31,196 nt of DNA, taken from contig NW_021829623.1 of assembly GCF_006345805.1 (NCBI RefSeq), positions 1 through 31,196 of the forward strand, in the 5' to 3' direction. The first letter of the stretch is position 1. Each line of letters starts with the position of its first letter. Source of the DNA: Octopus sinensis (Eukaryota). Positions 26,148 through 31,196 of this stretch are shown here, in pieces. The notes below the pieces were generated by a model. The model searched no databases. It was not told the DNA's origin and saw nothing but the letters and a program-made list of their open reading frames with translations. The translations under genes were made by a program, and so were the position numbers.

Positions 26148-27125
26148 TTTTTCCGAAAAACGTTATTCTTGTTTATATGCGGTTTAAAACATGCTGTTTG
26201 GCGCTTCAAAACTAATACTCGAATCGTCAACACTACTGCTTGCCATTTGCCGCCAAGTACCGAAAATTCTATAATTAGATCAAAATTGCTAAATATGAAT
26301 AATGGTATAAATATACCTAGAGGATCAATATACCTAGAATATACCGAAATTACTTTTGCTTCATAGAGGTCGACAGTTCATTTGCAAGCAGGTCGTATTT
26401 GTGAAATTTCTCCACTTCAACTTGCTTTTAAACTATCTGGTGAGTTAATCCCCACTTTGATTAAATTTATTCTTTTTTTCCTCTTGTCATACACAAAAAT
26501 GTCAGGTTTGAGTCGATAATTTACATTTCAACTCTGATTTCGACATTTTGGATCGACATGTCTTTTTAATTTCATGCCTCGTCTAATTCCATACATTCGA
26601 CATAAGTGAAGATGAATACACTTAACCATTTCATTATTTCTTCTCAAAAATAGTAACTGTTTAGCATCCTACCACACCGCGTTGCTAGATGGTCAACAGT
26701 CTGCTTCATTTTTTCCTATGCGATTCTTTAATGTACGTATTCTTTTGTGGGTAGATTTACAGGTTTTGTCTTATTTTCAAAAAAATTTTAAACACAATAA
26801 GTGAAAAATATGTTATATTTTAAGAAGAAAATTAAAAAGTCGAAAGAAAGACAAGCTCGATCTGCGGGGATTGCCAGAAAACGATTAGGTCTCGGTCAAA
26901 CGGATATCTTGCTGGCACTTTGGCGGCGGTCCAGAATTTTTGTAAGTCAGTAAATTCAAAGAAAGTTCATTGAAAGGGAGTAGAACCTCTTGGACAAGCT
27001 CACGGTTCTGGAAACTGGGATGAAGTGGGCATGTGGCATCAGCAATAAGTTAATCTTTTCCAAAAAACGTTATTCTTGTTTATATGCAGTTTAAAAGATG
27101 ATGCTTGGAGCTTCAAAACTGATTT
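26148..27125 (+). repeat. ~70 bp imperfect direct repeat pair (26148-26217 and 27057-27125)
   Basis: TTTTCC(G/A)AAAAACGTTATTCTTGTTTATATGC(G/A)GTTTAAAA..GCTTCAAAACT in both copies. Confidence 0.85.
26365..26760 (-). mobile_element. R4-like RLE non-LTR retrotransposon fragment (zinc knuckle plus endonuclease)
   Basis: TVDHLATRCGRML..NEMVKCIHLHLCRMYG..KPDIFVYDKRK..KQVEVEKFHKYDLLANEL. Confidence 0.85.
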
Positions 27126-27159
27126 CTAAAAATTTGAGGCACCATATTTTTATAATAAT

Positions 27160-27620
27160 GGTTGTTCCAAAAAAATATCCATTGCGATCCTGAGGGGCAA
27201 CGTCTTCTCGATCATCAGCAGCTTAAGATTATGATAATCATTTTCGCTCATTTAATTGTGTATAAATATATTTAATAATATCTTATTTTTGACTTTTTTA
27301 TTAAGGTAACAAAATTAAATTAATGTGACATGTGTAATTGTTTTTTAGATTACATAGACCTTTTATATCCAGGGTCAATGTGGATAGTTGTAATCTTTTG
27401 TCCGGAAAAGCTTCAAGCTTATTCCTGTACTTTGTTTTTGTTGAGGAATATAACGAAAAACCAACTTTGCAGAAGTATGTATTTGATAGTCGTAATAAAG
27501 AAATTATTGCTTTTTTGCTTATTTCTTGAAATTTCCAACTGCATTCAGTCCAAAAATAAAACAATTTCAGTTCGTATTTATATTTAATAAATAATTCTCA
27601 GTTAATTAATCAACTGTTCG
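27160..27620 (-). mobile_element. hAT Buster/Charlie (ZBED5-like) transposase C-terminal remnant
   Basis: FW..FQEISKKAIISLL..TYFCKVGFSLYSSTKTKYRNKL..RLQLS. Confidence 0.85.
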
Positions 27621-28115
27621 TATTATTTAACTAAACAAATGGAAATGATTCGTGTCACTTGTCTGGGATCAGCCCACTACATCAGGTGCCCATACTTCTA
27701 TGATTTTACTCAGAATATTATACTGAATAAGCCTGGAGTTTCCATCATGCTATTTTTATAAAAATAAATAACAGTTTACATTTGCCCTATTAATAAGTTG
27801 ACTGATTGTCCCTATCCCAGGTAGACTAACTCTTTTTATTTGTTGATAAAAATAATAAATATCGGATATCTTCAATTCTTAGATAAATCGAGATTAATAG
27901 TATTCCATGAATTAGTAAATTAATATCAAGTGGAAAGGGAATAAAGACGATATTTAAGAAAAACATAATGGTTAACTACACCAATATGTGTTCTGCATTA
28001 GATGCCTAGTAACTCGAAAATAATAATTTCTTGATGTAAACTAAATACCTAGGTCTGATACTCTCTTAATGCTTCAATACCATTATACAACCACTCCCAG
28101 TATCTTTCCCATATA

Positions 28116-29530
28116 CAGTCCGACCTCTAATTGGGGCGCACCTCCAGGGGGGGGGCACCTCTTTTTTGGGGAAAACTCTGTTTTGGGGCATTATAAATTT
28201 TTAAACCAAATTATAAAAAATCAATTAATTTTAACATCTCTATTGGGGCATTGATTTTTTATTAAATAAAATTAATTATACCAATTTAAAAAATAAATAT
28301 TTTAAGACACGTTTCATTTCAAATTTCTTGTGTAATGCCTTGAATTATGAAACCAAGTTGAAGATTCCTGATCATCTTTAAAGAAAGAACATTCTGAGAG
28401 GAGATTATCCATAATGTACAATACTAGCAAGGGAACTATTTTTTGTATAAAAAAGAATATTCTTCCATTTATCAAAAAAGGATTTCTTTCCTCATCATTA
28501 AGTGAAAATAAAAACGGATTTGATGAAAAAGTCCTTGATATTTTTCAGCGTCTAAGGGGTCAGAATGTTCAGTTTCTGGAACTCTTTTAAAAAAAATTTC
28601 CCTAACTGTTTCTTCGAGAATGGCCTTAAACAAGTTTAAAGCTTCAAATGGATGGTTAGAAAAATTCAAGCAGAGGCATGAATTAAAATTCCGAACATTG
28701 TCAGGCGAATCCGCATCTGCTGATCATGCGATAATTTGAATTTTTTATCAGAATTAAATATCAAAGTTGAACAATATGGAAAGGAGAACATTTTAATTGT
28801 GACGAAACTTCTTTTTATCAAACTTACCCCACGTAAATCATTCGTGAAAACTGGTGATTCGGCACGGGGCTTTAAAAGGAGTAGTAGAAGATAAAGTTAC
28901 TCTCCATCTATGCTGTGTAGTTACACTGGAGAAAAATTTGAACCATTAATAATCGGAAAATATAGAGAAATCCTAGATGTTCAAAAAATTTTCTCCCGAA
29001 ATTTATGGAATTTTATACTCTTCGTCCAAGAAAGTGGGGATGACAAGAGACATTTTTATATCCTGGCTCAAAAAAATTAATGAAAAATGATTATTCAAAA
29101 AAAAAATCTTAATGTTATTAGATAACGCTGCTTGCCACAAAATATCGACATTTAGCAACGTTGATTTTTTATTTTACCAAAAAATACGACACCAATACTT
29201 CAACCATTGGATGCTGGAATCATATGAAATAGAAGATAATGATCAAATATCTATGAGAATATAAGCTGCGAACCATCAATATCACAAATTTTAAGTTGAT
29301 GGAAAACTTAGAGACAAACATCTTTGATTTGATTCCAGATTCTCTTCATGATTTTTATGAATTCAGAAAGAAAGTGTCGTTAGGAATTAAAAATAAATAT
29401 GGAGAAAAATTAACTGATTTTATTTAAAAAAATATGTTCTTTTTCTTTATTTATTGAGCTTTTTGAAAAACCTCTTTTTTGGGGAAACCTCTGATTGAGG
29501 CACTTAGTGCCCCATTTAGAGGTCGAACTG
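28116..29530 (+). mobile_element. pogo/Tigger element with both TIRs, TA duplication and a degenerate transposase
   Basis: TIRs ta|CAGTCCGACCTCTAATTGGGGC and GCCCCATTTAGAGGTCGAACTG|ta. Motifs FKASNGWLEKFKQRH..SGES, NCDET, LLDNAACH, LPKNTT.ILQPLDAGII. Confidence 0.93.
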
Positions 29531-30170
29531 TACCCAGCACATTGGAAGAATACTGTTATCTTAATGATGTTTATAAAACTTCTCTTCCAAAACCAACAAA
29601 TCATCAAGTTGCGCAAAATGTAATTGATGAGGTGTAAATAAGATTTTAAATACAATCAATTGAACTTTAAACGACTATAGAAAGACTCGGTATTTAATCA
29701 CGAGCGGTGGCTGGGTGATATTCAATTTTTAGTGTTAAGAAAAAAACAAATATCATGGGTTTTGAATAATTAAACCTTCTAAGTGGAATATCTTTTCACA
29801 TTTTTTAAAAATAAAAACAAACCACATGGCATTTTATATTTTCAAAAACTTTTTATTGCGTTTCCTGCTTCAGTTCGTAAATAGCTAAGATCTAGGTTGT
29901 CATAGTAATCAATCTTGTTGTTCTAACAAAATATCGTCAAGAATATTATCGATGTTTCAGAATCAATAAAATGAAAGTTATTTAAAGTGTGTAAAATGTA
30001 TGCAACATTTCATCCTCTCCTACCTTGTCCTTTATACCCTCAGGACTCCTTACTCATCCATTAATCGCTTCATTAAAAGATCATTATATTTATAAAGGAT
30101 AAGCAAGGAAAAGATCATTTACTGACATTTACGACACCATTTCAGAGAGAGAGGTTCTCTAGTAGAGTCC

Positions 30171-30479
30171 ACTATATCATATATATTGTTAGTGGGTGAA
30201 ATTCGGAAAGCTGTTTGCAAACCGAGTAGAAACCACACTAATAATGTTGCCTATCTCAGCAGACCGAGGAACCACGGTCAAATAAATAGGCAGTAATATA
30301 AGACCATCATATCGTCGTAGTAAATTATATCATTAAATGTCAAAAATATTATAATCATTGGTCAATTAATGTAACGATAAAAAAGTAGACAACTAGATAT
30401 ACAAGCACGCATTAAAATTTTATTTAATATTTACAAAAAATAAATTTACAAATAAATATAAATCATTTTAATCAATTAT
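30171..30479 (+). repeat. dispersed ~305 bp repeat, copy 2
   Basis: Collinear with 19836-20142. Confidence 0.9.
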
Positions 30480-31196
30480 CAATTCTCAATGTTCCCATCT
30501 GCTCGAGTGATGATTACTCGAGAATTTTTTTTTTGTTTTAAATGAAAAAAAGAAAATGAGAGACAAGTATCCGAACTACTTAAGAAGATCATTGTCTCAG
30601 AAACCCTTTTTGAAGATCCAAAAGGGAATTTGCAAGTCTGAGTCGTCGCCGTTATGTTCGGAAAGTTGGGTAGAACCGACTCCGTTACAACAGCATATGC
30701 ATAATCTGAAGGAAATCCTTAGATTCGTGATTCTGGTGGCCGATGCACACTAATAGAAACCACGTGCGCAACGCGTGCTAAAAAACGTTTTTGCGCCGAC
30801 TAAAAAATGGTGACGATCTTAAACGAGCCGTCACTAAATTTTTTAATGAAAAAACAATCAATTAATTATCATCTTTTAAATGATTAGTGATTTTAAGAAT
30901 TCTAAATATTCACAAATTTGCATTTTCTTAACGTTTTCATTGTCAACGGTCAAAATTATTAATTCTCGCAAAAATTCCATACCATAAAGACGAGATAACG
31001 CTATTCCGTAATTATGTCGTTCATATATAAATAGTGACTAATGCGTATATTATCCTGAATTTATAAATAAATGGTCAAACCTCCTTGGGTATTTTCGGTG
31101 TTAATTTAATATTCAGGACTTTGAAAGACATACAAACTCTTCTCAACAAGATAATAATTATCGAGTAAAATATTTTGTTAACTATTTTATTGGAAA

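Overview
This is AT-rich eukaryotic, almost certainly animal, nuclear DNA, so the six-frame ORF track is mostly misleading. Genes are split by extremely short GT-AG introns (mostly 23-33 nt), which fits a dicyemid-like compact genome (inference). From left to right the host genes are: SAMHD1 (running off the left edge), an unknown gene, VWA3B interrupted by an antisense CRE-type retroelement fragment, an ARMC5-like BTB gene, a short Meis-type TALE homeobox gene converging on a PDZ gene, actin (5 mini-introns) and tRNA-Lys(TTT). Transposon remnants are dense, especially after 21 kb: four CRE-type and two R4-like restriction-endonuclease retroelement fragments, one RTE-type LINE, three Tc1/IS630 elements, two pogo/Tigger, two hAT, and a Merlin/IS1595-like transposase that itself carries mini-introns. 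A ~305 bp repeat with a structured, RNA-like 5' half occurs twice. Many conserved genes show 1-nt indels, mostly in A-runs, which suggests an imperfectly polished long-read assembly; gene versus pseudogene status therefore cannot be settled here. All family calls come from remembered motifs, not database searches.
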